NCBI GenBank assembly: GCA_963766715.1
Contig: CAVYBH010000008.1
Location: 352,001 to 416,000 of the forward strand
DNA length: 64,000 bases
Direction of reading: 5' to 3'
Origin: an uncultured delta proteobacterium
GTDB taxonomy: Bacteria; Myxococcota; Myxococcia; Myxococcales; Anaeromyxobacteraceae
Positions within the stretch are counted from its first letter, which is position 1. Each line of letters starts with the position of its first letter. The notes under the pieces are model-generated. The model was not told where the DNA came from and ran no database searches. It was given only the letters and a program-made list of their open reading frames with translations. The position numbers and the translations under genes are program-made. This document shows, in pieces, positions 46,246-57,039 of this stretch.

Positions 46246-47811
46246 TTGCGCTGGTTCGTCCGCGGCGACGTCGACGGGTTCTTCGGGCTGGCCCTCGACA
46301 ACCTGGTCCAGCTGCTCGTCATCGACGCGCTGTGCCGGCACGTCCTCGGCTTCCCGGCGGAGCTCGTCCGGGGCACGATCCTCCCGGGCGCGGCCATCTC
46401 GGTGCTGGTCGGCAACCTCTTCTACGCCTGGCAGGCCATGCGGCTGGCGCGGCGCACCGGCCGCAAGGACGTCACCGCCCTGCCCTTCGGGATCAACACC
46501 GTCTCCCTGTTCGCCTACGTCTTCCTGGTCATGCTGCCGGCCCGGATGGTGGCCCAGGCCGCCGGGGCCGCCGACCCGGCCCGGGTGGCCTGGCAGGCGG
46601 GCATGGTGGCCTGCCTCGGATCCGGCTTCATCGAGCTCGCCGGTGCGCTCTTCGCCGAGCGCGTCCGCAAGGCCACCCCGCGCGCCGCGCTCCTCTCCAC
46701 GCTGGCCGGCATCGCGCTGGGGTTCATCTCGCTCGGCTTCCTGCTGCAGGCCTTCGCCCGCCCCATCGTCGGCTTCGCCACGCTGGGGGTCGTGCTCGTC
46801 ACCTACTTCGGGCGGGTGCGCTTCCGGGGGCGCCTGCCCGGAGGGCTGGTGGCGGTGGCGCTCGGCACCGCGCTCGCCTGGGCCACCGGGATCGCGCCGG
46901 TGGGACCGCGCCCGGACGCGGCCGCCGCCTGGTCGCCGCCCCACCCCGCCCTGGGCGCCCTCTGGGAGGCGCTCCGCGGCGGCTACCTCACCACCTACCT
47001 GTCGGTCATCCTCCCCATGGGGCTCTTCACGCTGGTCGGCTCGCTCCAGAACGTGGAGTCGGCCGAGGCCGCCGGCGACGCCTACCCCACCCTTCCGTCA
47101 CTCAGCGTGAACGGCGCCAGCACGGTGGTGGCGGCGATGCTGGGATCCTGCTTCCCGACCACCCTCTACATCGGCCACCCGGGCTGGAAGGCGCTGGGCG
47201 CGCGCGCCGGCTACTCGGTGCTGAACGGCGCCTTCGTGACCGCCGTGGCGCTCTCCGGCACGCTCTCCTGGATCGTCTGGGCGGTCCCCATCGACGCCGG
47301 GCTCGCCATCGTGATCTGGATCGGCGTCATCATCTCGGCCCAGGCCTTCCAGGCCGTCCCGCGGGAGCACGCGCCGGCCGTGGTCATGGGGCTCCTGCCC
47401 GGCATCGCCGCCTGGGGCGTCCTCATGGCCAAGGCCGGCCTCCGGGCCGCCGGGGTCGGGGCGCCGGGCGGGCCGCCGCTCTCCGAGGCGGTCGTCGACG
47501 CCTTCCAGCGGTCCGACGTCTGGATGCGGGGCGGGTTCGCGCTCGACCAGGGATTCATCTTCACCGCCATGATCCTGTCGGCGGGGACGGTGATGATCAT
47601 CGAGCGCCGCTTCCTGCGGGCCTCGGCCTGGTTCGCCGCCGGCGCGGTCCTCTCCGCCGCCGGGCTCGTGCACTCCTTCCGGCTGACCGGACAGGACGCC
47701 GTGCTCCACCTGGCGCCGGCCTGGCCCTACGCGGCCGGCTACGCCTTCGTGGCCGCGCTGCTGGCCGCCGCCCCGCTCCTCACCGAGCCGGACGACGCCG
47801 CGCACGGGTGA
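46246..47811 (+). CDS. NCS2/AzgA-like permease
   Basis: GDVDGFFGLALDN, TALPFGINT, VESAEAAGD, TTLYIGHPGWK; many TM segments. Confidence 0.85.
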   Translation: MRWFVRGDVDGFFGLALDNLVQLLVIDALCRHVLGFPAELVRGTILPGAAISVLVGNLFYAWQAMRLARRTGRKDVTALPFGINTVSLFAYVFLVMLPARMVAQAAGAADPARVAWQAGMVACLGSGFIELAGALFAERVRKATPRAALLSTLAGIALGFISLGFLLQAFARPIVGFATLGVVLVTYFGRVRFRGRLPGGLVAVALGTALAWATGIAPVGPRPDAAAAWSPPHPALGALWEALRGGYLTTYLSVILPMGLFTLVGSLQNVESAEAAGDAYPTLPSLSVNGASTVVAAMLGSCFPTTLYIGHPGWKALGARAGYSVLNGAFVTAVALSGTLSWIVWAVPIDAGLAIVIWIGVIISAQAFQAVPREHAPAVVMGLLPGIAAWGVLMAKAGLRAAGVGAPGGPPLSEAVVDAFQRSDVWMRGGFALDQGFIFTAMILSAGTVMIIERRFLRASAWFAAGAVLSAAGLVHSFRLTGQDAVLHLAPAWPYAAGYAFVAALLAAAPLLTEPDDAAHG

Positions 47812-47818
47812 CCGGGCG

Positions 47819-49261
47819 CTACCGCTCGTTCACCGGCGCGAAGAAGCTCACCCCGCGGACGTTCTCCTGCACCTTGAGCGGGTGCTGGATGGGCGGGAAG
47901 GCGCGCTGCTCGCAGTCGGTCCGCTCGCAGAGGCGGCAGGTGAGCCCCACCGGGACCACCGCCTCGCGCGAGTCGAGGTTCATCCCGTCGGCGTAGACCA
48001 TCTTGCGGGCGTGCCCGACCTCGCAGCCGATGGCGATGGCGAGCGGCGTGCGCGGCGCGTGGTAGCCGCCGCCCTCCTTGTACACCGAGCGTGCAACCCA
48101 GAAGTAGGTGGTGCCGTCGGGCATCTGGGAGAGCTGCGTGCGGATCATCCCGGGGGTGAGGAAGGCCTGGAAGACGTTCCAGCGCGGGCAGGCGCCGGAG
48201 AAGCGGGCGAAGCGCAGCCCCGAGGCGGAGAAGCGCTTGGAGATGTTGCCGGCGATGTCCACCCGGACGAAGTGGATGGGGATCCCCTCGGCGCCGGGGC
48301 GGCGGAGGGTGGTGAGCCGGTGGCAGACCTGCTCGTAGCTGGTGCGGAAGCGGTGGCCGAGCAGGTCGATGTCGTAGCGCTCCTGCCGGGCGGCATCCAG
48401 GAACGGGCCGTACGGCATGAGCACGGCGGAGGCGAAGTAGTTGGCGAGCAGGACCCGGGCCAGCGCCCGCGCCGAGTCGCTCGTGAGCAGCGGGTCGGAG
48501 GCGTAGCGCCCCAGCGCGGCCTGCTGGGTCTCGAGCCCGATCTGGTAGGCGAGGTGGAAGTTGCGCGAGCCGCGCCGCAGCACCTCGGAGAGGTAGAGCA
48601 CCCGCTTCTCGGGGTCGAAGCGCCGGATGGCGTCCCCCATGTCGGCGGTGCGCTCGATCTTCACCTGGATGCCGTGGACGCGGAGCAGCTGGTGCTCGAG
48701 CCCCTGCTGCAGGTCGTCCCCGCCCAGCCGCGCCTCGCGCCAGAGGTGCTCGGCCCCCTCCTCCATCTCCGGGAAGTGGTTGGTGTGGCGCTGGATGAGG
48801 TCGGAGACCTCCTCGGTGGGCATGCGGGACGAGTCGACGCCCGTCAGGTCGCCGCGCCCCGAGATCTTGATGGCCAGGTTGTCCGCCGCCTCCCGGGCCT
48901 CGCGGAACGCGTGGTAGAGCTTCAGGACCCCGCGCGAGGCGGTGGGCGCGTGGGAGGCCAGGTCGCGCACCTCGGCGGTGGTCACGTCCTCGTTCTCGAA
49001 GATCGGATCGCCGAACACCTCCATGAGGTCGGCGACGGTCCGCGCGTCCTGCTCGGTGGAGAGCGCCTTCAGGTCGAGGTCGAAGATCTCGGCGATCTTG
49101 ATGAGCAGCGGCGCCGGCATGGCGCGCCGGTTGTGCTCGATCAGGTTCAGGTAGGAGGGCGAGATGCCCAGCCGATCGGCGAGCTGCACCTGGCTGATGC
49201 TCTTCTGGCGGCGAAGCGCCCGGACCTTGGCTCCGAGCAGCGACGCCTCTCGCGGCGGCAT
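47819..49261 (-). CDS. Short-chain fatty acyl-CoA regulator (ScfR: RamB/PrpR/PccR) family transcription factor
   Basis: XRE HTH (LGISPSYLNLIEHN), ANYFASAVLMPY, EQVCHRLTTL, RVDIAGNISKR, GACPRW, CRLCERTDCEQRAFP. Confidence 0.92.
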   Translation of the reverse strand: MPPREASLLGAKVRALRRQKSISQVQLADRLGISPSYLNLIEHNRRAMPAPLLIKIAEIFDLDLKALSTEQDARTVADLMEVFGDPIFENEDVTTAEVRDLASHAPTASRGVLKLYHAFREAREAADNLAIKISGRGDLTGVDSSRMPTEEVSDLIQRHTNHFPEMEEGAEHLWREARLGGDDLQQGLEHQLLRVHGIQVKIERTADMGDAIRRFDPEKRVLYLSEVLRRGSRNFHLAYQIGLETQQAALGRYASDPLLTSDSARALARVLLANYFASAVLMPYGPFLDAARQERYDIDLLGHRFRTSYEQVCHRLTTLRRPGAEGIPIHFVRVDIAGNISKRFSASGLRFARFSGACPRWNVFQAFLTPGMIRTQLSQMPDGTTYFWVARSVYKEGGGYHAPRTPLAIAIGCEVGHARKMVYADGMNLDSREAVVPVGLTCRLCERTDCEQRAFPPIQHPLKVQENVRGVSFFAPVNER

Positions 49262-49315
49262 GCGTGCGCACTCCCTTCGGTTTCCGGTGCGTAGCCTATG
49301 CCTTCGGGGTCGATA

Positions 49316-49332
49316 TTTTCAAGATTTACAGA
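49316..49332. promoter_or_regulatory. Candidate ScfR-family operator (TTTTCAAG-A-TTTACAGA)
   Basis: Two degenerate TTTGCAAA-like octamers, each with 2 mismatches, 55-70 nt upstream of the regulator start. Confidence 0.3.
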
Positions 49333-49369
49333 TCGGAGGCCTTCCAGCACCCGGATGTGACAGGACTTT

Positions 49370-50125
49370 TCAGCCCCGAGCGACCCAGGCGGCGAACTCC
49401 CGGTCCAGGTCCTCCGGCGACAGGCCCAGCTCCCCGCGCAGCGCGCGGTCGAAGGGCTCCCCTCCGAGCGTCCGTCGCACGAGCGAGAGCACCTTCCCCC
49501 GGCCCGAGCGCTCCTCCAGGAAGAGCACCGCCGCGTAGGACCTCAGGTAGTCGAGCGGGGAGAGGTCGCCGGCCGACGACGGCAGCGGCAGGAGCGCGCG
49601 CCGGCCGGACGCCTGCTGGAGCTCGGCGACCTGGTTCGGCGCCAGCCGCTCGACGCCGCGGCGCTGCCACGACAGCCGCTCGGCCAGACCCTCCTCGAGC
49701 CAGCGCGGCAGCGAGGCCTGTCCCGGAGCGTCGAGGACGGCGTGCGCCAGCTCGTGGACCACCACGCCCGCGAACCGGTCGTCGAGCCGGGCGCCCCCGT
49801 TCACGTGCACGACGTCGTCCACGTAGCGGGCCGCGTCGAGGCGGGCGGCCTCGGCGCCGAAGGCGCGCTCGAACCCGGCCCGGGAGTGGACCTTCACCGT
49901 GGGTGGCTGGCGCAGCGGCTGCCCGAGGCCGGCCTCGACCCGCGCCCGGGCGTCCTGCACCACGGCCCGGAGCTGCCGCTCGTAGGCCTCCTGGTCGGCC
50001 GGGCGGGCCAGGTCCGGGTCCCAGGCGATCGGCACGTCGGCTGCGCCCGCGCGCGCGCCGGAGACCCCGGCCGCGAGCGCGAGGGCGGCGAGGAGCCAGG
50101 TGCCCGGGGCGCGGCATGCTTCCAC
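49370..50125 (-). CDS. Exported gluzincin/peptidase MA-like metallohydrolase
   Basis: Signal peptide; VVHELAHA (HExxH) followed by PRWLEEGLAE. Confidence 0.8.
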   Translation of the reverse strand: MEACRAPGTWLLAALALAAGVSGARAGAADVPIAWDPDLARPADQEAYERQLRAVVQDARARVEAGLGQPLRQPPTVKVHSRAGFERAFGAEAARLDAARYVDDVVHVNGGARLDDRFAGVVVHELAHAVLDAPGQASLPRWLEEGLAERLSWQRRGVERLAPNQVAELQQASGRRALLPLPSSAGDLSPLDYLRSYAAVLFLEERSGRGKVLSLVRRTLGGEPFDRALRGELGLSPEDLDREFAAWVARG

Positions 50126-50173
50126 GTCGCGAATGATACCGGCCGCCCTGCGCTCCGGGTAGAGTGCGCCCCC

Positions 50174-51661
50174 ATGACGTCCCCCACCCCGGGCAGCGGG
50201 CCCAGCCGGAAGATCGCCTTCACCACGCTCTTCCTCGTCGAGATGTGGGAGCGCTTCGGCTACTACGGCATGACCGCCGTCGTGCTCCTCTACATGGTGG
50301 AGAAGCTCGGCTACGGCGACGACCGGGCCAACCTCACCTTCGGCGCGTTCACCGCCATGGTGTACGCCGCGCCGGCCCTGGGGGGCTGGATCGGCGACCG
50401 CGTGCTGGGAAGCCGCCGGATGACCGTGATCGGCGCGCTGGTGCTGACGCTCGGCTACGTGCTCCTCGCGATCCCGGGCGGTCCGCTCTTCGCGGCGCTC
50501 GGGGTGGTGGCGGTGGGCAACGGCCTCTTCAAGGCCAACCCGGCCAACCTGGTCTCGAAGGTGTACGAGGGAGAGCCGTCCAAGGTCGACAGCGCCTTCA
50601 CGCTCTACTACATGGCCGTCAACGTCGGGGCGACCTTCTCCCAGATCCTCACCCCGCTCATCGCCATCTGGGCCGGCTGGCACGCGGCCTTCGGCGTCTG
50701 CGCCGCGGGGATGCTGCTCTCGATCGTGAACTACCTCTTCATGCGCCGCCACCTGGCGCACGTCGGCTCGCCGCCCGACTTCGCGCCGCTCGACCTGCGC
50801 AAGCTCGCGCTCGTGCTCCTGGGCGCCGCGGCGGCCGCCGCCGGCGTGACCGTGGTGGTCCAGAACCTGGGGCTCGCCCGCGTGGTGATCACCGCCGCGT
50901 CGATCGCCATGCTGGGGATCTTCGGCGTGCTCATCGCCCGCGGCTCGCCGCAGGAGCGCAAGGGGCTCGTGGCGGTCTTCCTGCTCACCGCGCAGGGCAT
51001 CCTCTTCTTCATCTTCTACCAGCAGATGTCGACGTCGCTCACGCTCTTCGCGCTCCGGAACGTCGACCTCAAGTTCTTCCTGGGCTACGAGATCCCGCCG
51101 GGTCAGCTCCAGGCGCTCAACCCCATCTGGATCTTCGTCCTCGGGCCGATCGTGGCCTGGGGCTACGACCGCCTGGCGCGCGGCCGCGGGGACTTCTCCA
51201 TCGCGACCAAGTTCGCGATGGGGTTCGCCGTCCTGGCGATCGGCTTCTTCGCCTTCGGCCTCTCCGGGCGCTTCGCCCACGAGGGGAAGGTCTCGGTCTG
51301 GTGGATGATCGGGGGCTACGGCCTCTACTCGCTGGGCGAGATCCTGATCAGCGGGCTCGGGCTCGCGATGGTGGCGCGCTACGTGGGGCCGAAGATGCGC
51401 GGCTTCGTGATGGGGCTCTGGTTCCTGGCCACCGGGATCTCCCAGTACCTGGGCAGCTTCGTCGCCAACTACGCGAGCGTGCCTGCGAACGTCACGAACC
51501 CGCTCGAGACGCTCCCGCTCTACACCCGGCTCTTCCTGGGGCTGGGCGCGGTCGCGACGCTGGGGACGCTCGCCGCCATCGCCATGCTCCCGCTCATGCG
51601 GCGGCTGTCGGCCTCCGGGCCCGGCGAGGCCGCGAAGGAAGCCGCGGCCGACGTGGCCTGA
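50174..51661 (+). CDS. POT/PTR-family proton-dependent oligopeptide transporter
   Basis: EMWERFGYYG (ExxERFxYY), GGWIGDRVLGSRR, GNGLFKAN, FTLYYMAVNVG. Confidence 0.95.
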   Translation: MTSPTPGSGPSRKIAFTTLFLVEMWERFGYYGMTAVVLLYMVEKLGYGDDRANLTFGAFTAMVYAAPALGGWIGDRVLGSRRMTVIGALVLTLGYVLLAIPGGPLFAALGVVAVGNGLFKANPANLVSKVYEGEPSKVDSAFTLYYMAVNVGATFSQILTPLIAIWAGWHAAFGVCAAGMLLSIVNYLFMRRHLAHVGSPPDFAPLDLRKLALVLLGAAAAAAGVTVVVQNLGLARVVITAASIAMLGIFGVLIARGSPQERKGLVAVFLLTAQGILFFIFYQQMSTSLTLFALRNVDLKFFLGYEIPPGQLQALNPIWIFVLGPIVAWGYDRLARGRGDFSIATKFAMGFAVLAIGFFAFGLSGRFAHEGKVSVWWMIGGYGLYSLGEILISGLGLAMVARYVGPKMRGFVMGLWFLATGISQYLGSFVANYASVPANVTNPLETLPLYTRLFLGLGAVATLGTLAAIAMLPLMRRLSASGPGEAAKEAAADVA

Positions 51662-51668
51662 CCCGGCC

Positions 51669-53917
51669 TCAGCGGGTCGCGGCCTGCGGGGGCGCCCTGC
51701 CGAGCTCGGCGACGAGCGCCCTCGCCTCGAGCAGCGGGGGCCAGTCCGGGTCGGGATGGTGGAGCGGCGCCTGGAAGCGGTCGAGCTCGGCCCGGGCCTC
51801 CTCGTCGCGACCCAGCCGGTGGAGGGACCGGGCGAGCACCACTCGGTACCGGGCGAGGATCCAGGTCTCCGGGATGCTCATCCAGTAGGTCGGGGGGCGC
51901 CGGACGAGCAACGCCACCACCTCCTCGTCCCGTCCCTGCTCGGCGAGCAGCTGCGCGAGCTCGTAGGTGAAGTGGAGCCGACGGAACGTCCGCTCCGCCG
52001 CGGCCAGGTCGCCCCCGTGCCAGGCGACGTAGGCCTCCCAGTACTCGCGGGCCTCGCCAGCCGGGGCCCCGGCGGCGAGCCGGGCGGCCCACTCGTGCTC
52101 CCCGCCGTATTCCAGGTAGGACGCGTACCGGTGGAAGGGTGCGCCCAGGCGCCGGAGCGCGGCGAGGCCCCGCTCGATTGCCTCCCGGTCGCGGTGCAGG
52201 ATGGCCAGGGTGGTGTAGACGTCCCAGGCGTGGATCGCCTTCGACCGGCTCGCCTTCTCGTCGGCGGCCGCCCGCAGCCGGGAGAGCGCCTCCGCCTCGC
52301 GCCCCTGGAGCAGGGAGTTCTTGGCGAGCGCATGCCACGCCTCGACCCGCTGGTCCGCCGGGACCTCGGGAGCGAGCAGCTTCCTCGCCTCGACCTCGGC
52401 CTCGGCGAGGCGCAGATCCCACTGGAGGACGCAGATGTACATGTCGACCGCCTCGGGGTCGCCGCTGCGGGCCTGGCGCCGGGCCAGTGCGATGGCCTCG
52501 TCGGGCTCGTTCCGATCGAGCCGCGCCCAGATGACGAGCCGGGAGTTCTCCGCCGGCCGGGCCTGCGCGGCCCGCTCCGCCACGGCGAGCATCTCGTCCG
52601 GGCGCCCGAGCTGCTGGAAGCAATCGGTCAGGTGATCCGCGGCGGGCGTCCATCCGGGATCCAGCGCGAGCGCCCGCTCGAAGAACGGCCGGGCCAGCTC
52701 GGGCTCGCCGGCGTGGAAGTGGAGGTCGCCGGCCAGGTACTGCACCTCCTTGTCCTGCGGGGCGACCTCGACGGCGCGCCGGTACAGCGCCCGGGCCTCC
52801 TCGGCATGCCCGTCGAGGTGAGCCTTCCAGGCCAGGATGAGGAGCCGCTCCTTCTCCGGGAGGCGCGGGGCGAGCCGGACGGCCGCGGCGATGGCCTGCT
52901 CCTGCCGCTCCCGCGGCAGGCCGATGAACTCGGCCAGGTAGGCGATCTGGTAGTACGCGAGCCCGAAGTCGGGATCGGCGGCGATGGCCTTCTCGTACCA
53001 CTCGACCGCGTCGTTGTAGTCCTTGGCCTGGGTGCCCTGGAAGTAGCTCGAGAACGCGGTGAGGTTGGTGGTGACGGCGGTGCCGACCTCGACGCGCGAG
53101 GCGCGCACCTCCTCCTCGCGCTCGCGCAGCGCCCGCCGGGCCCGGTCGCTCAGCCGGTCGATCATCCCGGGACGCTCCCCTTGCCCGTGCCCTCCTCCTT
53201 CGCGGCGAAGAGGTACTCGCTCGTCGCCGGGTCGAGCGCCTTCAGCTCGATGGCGTACGTCCGGTCGAAGCGATGAACACTCGCCGTGAACAACGCCCGG
53301 GCCCCCGCCCGCATCGCGACCTCGCGACCGAGGGGCTCGTCCAGGCGGGTCACGTCCTCCTTCCCGAGCTGGCGGAGCAGGTCGAGCATCCGGGTCCGCG
53401 TCAGGACCGCGAGGTGGCGGGATTGCTCGAGCGAGGTGATGAGCATGGTCGAGAGACCCTCCAGCTCGGGGTCGCGGGTCTCGTTCGCGAAGTCGGCGAC
53501 GGCGACGGTGATGCGGCTGCTCGGCGGAGCGGGGCGCGGCCAGGACTGCCAGGCGAGGAGCGCCACGGCCGCGACGGCCAGGATCCCGATCGCGGCCCAG
53601 GTCGGCTTCCGCGCCCACCTGCGTCGCACCGGCGGGGCGAAGGCCGGGGACGGGGGGGCCTCGGGCGGCTTCGCGACCGCCGTCCGCTCGATCCCCTCCG
53701 GCCCGAAGTCGAAGATCCAGGCGAGCACCATCGCCACCGGGAAGGCGAGCAGGAGGGTGACCACGACGACGGAGAGCACCCAGTCCGGGAGCTGCAGGCC
53801 GTGGATGATGGGTTCCGACACCTGCAGGACCGCGAACGCCACGATTCCGTAGGCCGCTGCCGCGCGGAAGACCCTCCGCTGGTGAAGCTCCTTCAGGATG
53901 GCGTCGAGCCGGCCCAA
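51669..53917 (-). CDS. Membrane protein with FlgO/TolB-N-like domain and TPR repeats (frameshift near 53170)
   Basis: ELHQRRVFRAAAAY...LAWIFD membrane module; VAVADFANETRDPEL; TPRs (YEKAIAADPDFGLAY, FERALALDPGW). GGAGG upstream of TTG53917. Confidence 0.75.
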
Positions 53918-53992
53918 GGTGCGTCCTCCCGCGGGGAGGAAGCATAACGGGGCCCTGCGCGCGCGCCCGGGCTCCGGCCTGCCAGGCGCCGA

Positions 53993-54812
53993 TCACCGCC
54001 ACGACGCCGCTCACCACCGGCACCAGCCACACGGCGTACGAGCCCGGGTCGCGGAGGGTCTCGATCTGGTCGTCGAAGCGGGCCGTCACCTCCGCCGGCG
54101 TCATCCCCACGTGCTCCGCGATGGTGTCGGCGTAGCCGTCCCGCCAGGCCAGCCAGATGCTCGCGAAGGTCTCCCGGGGAACCCGGATCGTGTCGACCGC
54201 CACGTAGTCGACGGTGATGGCGGCGAGGCCGAGCGCGGCGAGGATGGCCGGGGCGTGGCGTCCGATGAACATGTCGGTCCCGGTGGCGGCCCCGAAGCGC
54301 ATGGGCGCCTCCGGCCAGATCCGCATCGGGTCGAACTTCCGCCGAGGGAAGTGGATCATCCCGTAGTCCTCGGCGACGAGGTGCAGGCGCCCGCCCGGGC
54401 GCACGACCCGGACGAGCTCGGCGATGACCCGCTCGGCGTGCGGGATCGACTGGAGCACGTGCCGGCAGGCGACCAGGTCGAAGGAGGCCGCCGGGAGCCC
54501 CAGCTCGTAGATCGACCGGTGCTCGAAGCGGACGCGCTCGCCGAACCGGCGGGCCGTGCCGCGGGCCCGCTCGAGCGAGGCGTCGAGGATGTCCACGCCC
54601 AGCACGGTCGCGTCGGGGAAGGCGTCGGCGAGGCGCCAGGTGGCCTCCCCGGTCCCGCAGCCGGCGTCGAGGATCCGCGGCGCGGCAGGAATCGCGTACC
54701 GCCGCAGGAGGGGCAGTTCCTGGGGCCAGACCGCCTCGGCCTGGGCCGCGAGGTTGCGCACCATCGATTCGTCGGCCATGTGCCGGGCCTGCGGGTTCAG
54801 TTCGGCGCTCAT
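53993..54812 (-). CDS. Class I SAM-dependent methyltransferase (3' end inferred from an indel)
   Basis: ILDAGCGTG, LGVD, SFDLVACRHVL, RVVRPGGRL. Confidence 0.88.
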
Positions 54813-54848
54813 GCCCCGGGTGATACAGAATTACCCGGCCCGCCGCCA

Positions 54849-55374
54849 ATGGAGCGCCCCTTGCCCACCGTCCTCGAGACCGACCGGTTGATCCTCCGCG
54901 AGTTCGAGGCGACCGACGCCGCCTTCCTGCTCCGCCTGCTGAACGAGCCCTCCTGGCTGCGCTTCATCGGCGACCGGGGCGTGCGCACGCTCGAGGACGC
55001 GCGGCGGCACGTCGAGACCGTCCACCGGTCGAGCTACGCCCGGAACGGCTTCGGGCTCTGCTGCGTCGTGCCGCGCGAGCACGGGCGCGCCCGCCGGGAT
55101 GTGCGGGCTCGTCCGGCGGGAGACGCTGCCCGAGGTGGACGTCGGCTTCGCCTTCCTGCCCGAGGCCTGGGGGCACGGCTACGCGAGCGAGGCGGCCGCC
55201 GCGGTGCTGGCCCACGCCCGCGACCGGCTCGGCCTGCGGCGCGTGCTGGCCATCACCTCGCCGGACAACCACCCCTCGATCCGGGTGCTGGAGCGCATCG
55301 GGATGCGGCGCGAGGGGGAGATCCGGCTCGCCGGCGAGACGCGCGACCTCCTGCTCTTCTCCCGCGATCTCTAG
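54849..55374 (+). CDS. GNAT acetyltransferase, RimJ/RimL-like (frameshift near 55090)
   Basis: LETDRLILREF, DVGFAFLPEAWGHGYASEA, NHPSIRVLERIG. Confidence 0.88.
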
Positions 55375-56076
55375 GCGGTCCCGGCGTCCTCCCGGCCCCG
55401 CAGGCGCGCCACCACCTCGGCCAGGATCGACACCGCGATCTCCCCGGGCGAGATCGCGCCGATGGCGAAGCCCCACCGGACCGCGGATCCGGTCGACGTC
55501 CGCCTCGGAGAACCCGCCTTCGCGCAGCCGCTCCCGCCGCGCCGCGTGGGTCCTGCGGCTCCCCAGCGCGCCGACGTGGAAGCAGGGCGAGCGCAGGGCG
55601 GCCACCAGCGCCGGGTCGTCGATCTTCGAGTCGTGACTGAGCGTCACGAGCGCCGTCCGCCGGTCGAGGCCGACCCGGGCGAGCGCCTCCTCCGGCCAGC
55701 CGGGCTCCATCCGGACTCCCGGGAAGCGCGCCGCGCTCGCGAAGGCCCGGCGCGGGTCGACGAGCACGACGTCGAGCCCGGCCAGCTGGGCCATGGGAGC
55801 CAGCGCCTGCGCCACGTGCACGGCGCCGACGAGGACGAGGCGGACGGGCGGGGCGTACACCCGGAGGAAGACCTCGCCCCCCCCGGCCTCGACCGTGCGG
55901 GACTGGTCGCGCAGGACCGCCTCGCGCGCCTGGGTGAGGAGCAGCGGATCCCCGTCGTCGCCGGGCTCCCCGGGGCGGAGCACCCGCGCCTCGCCGGTGG
56001 CCAGCCAGGTGGCGAGCACGGCGGTGCGCCGCGCAGCGAGGTCCACGAGCAGCTCGTCCAGGATCTCCCGCCTCAT
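55371..56076 (-). CDS. xdhC: XdhC family protein, C-terminal Rossmann half (frameshift near 55470)
   Basis: RLVLVGAVHVAQAL, VDPR, LSHDSKID, VGALGSRR, IRGPVGL. Confidence 0.85.
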
Positions 56077-56393
56077 CCGATGCGCTCCACGTACACCTCG
56101 ATGCTGCCCCCGCAGGGAAGGCCGGCGCTCCAGGCCTGCTCGTCGGTGACCCCGTAGCGAAGCCGGCGGGGCCTGCCGTCCCGGATGGTCTCCTGCGCCT
56201 CCTGCACCACCGCCGACTCGACGCACCCGCCGGACACGGAGCCCGTGAAGGCGGCCGCCTCGCTGACCACCATCTGGCTGCCCGCCGGTCGCGGCGACGA
56301 GCCCCAGGTGCGGATCACGGTCGCGATCGCCACGCCCAGGCCCGCCTCCCGCCAGGCCACGGCCTGCTCCAGGAGCTTCCCGTCCTCGCTCAT
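56073..56393 (-). CDS. xdhC: XdhC/CoxI N-terminal half
   Basis: ATVIRTWGSSPRPAGS, GSVSGGCVE, AGLPCGGSIEVYVE. Confidence 0.88.
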   Translation of the reverse strand: MSEDGKLLEQAVAWREAGLGVAIATVIRTWGSSPRPAGSQMVVSEAAAFTGSVSGGCVESAVVQEAQETIRDGRPRRLRYGVTDEQAWSAGLPCGGSIEVYVERIG

Positions 56394-56993
56394 GGCTCGC
56401 TCCTCCGCCCCGCGCCGGCGCGGGCGCGCTCGAGATCCTCCGGGACGTCCACGTCGGCGAGCGCCTCGGCGGGCCGATCGACCCAGGCGGCGTGCGCCCG
56501 GTTGCGGCGCACGACCTCGCGGCCGCGCCCCTCGCCCACCCCTCCCTGCAGCTCGGGGAGCAGCGCGCGGGCGTAGAGGGTGGGCGGGGCGGGGACGTCC
56601 CCGTACCGGCTCGCGACCAGGGGGGCGCCGGTCTCGCGCCACCGCGCCACCACCTCCCGGATCGACGCGGCGTCGACGAGGGGCATGTCGGCGAGGAGGA
56701 CCACCGCGGCCGGCGGCATCGGGCGGGACGGCCGCGGCGCCCGCCGAGAGCGAGGCGCTCTGTCCCCGGCTCCACTCCGGGCTCTCGACGAACCGGCAGG
56801 CGACTCCCTCGAGCGCCGCCCGGACCCGGTCGGCCTCGTGCCCCACGACCACGAGCAGCGGATCGAGCCCGGCCTCCAGGGCGCGACGGGCCGCCCGGCG
56901 CACCAGCGGCTCCCCGTCCAGGGCGAGGAGCAGCTTGTTCCGGCCCATCCGGGAGGCCGAGCCTGCGGCGAGGAGGATGCCGGCGACGGTCAT
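56390..56993 (-). CDS. mocA: Molybdenum cofactor cytidylyltransferase-like NTP transferase (frameshift near 56715)
   Basis: ILLAAGSASRMGRNKLL, GQSASL, LADMP, DVDVPED. Confidence 0.8.
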
Positions 56994-57039
56994 GCGACGG
57001 GTTTATCCCGCCTCCCCCGGGTGGTGCTACCGTGTCGGC

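Noticed and set aside
51669..54812. Apparent methyltransferase-TPR fusion (1047 aa)
   Set aside because: The middle is off-frame nonsense. The TPR gene has its own RBS and TTG at 53917, and two indels explain the join.
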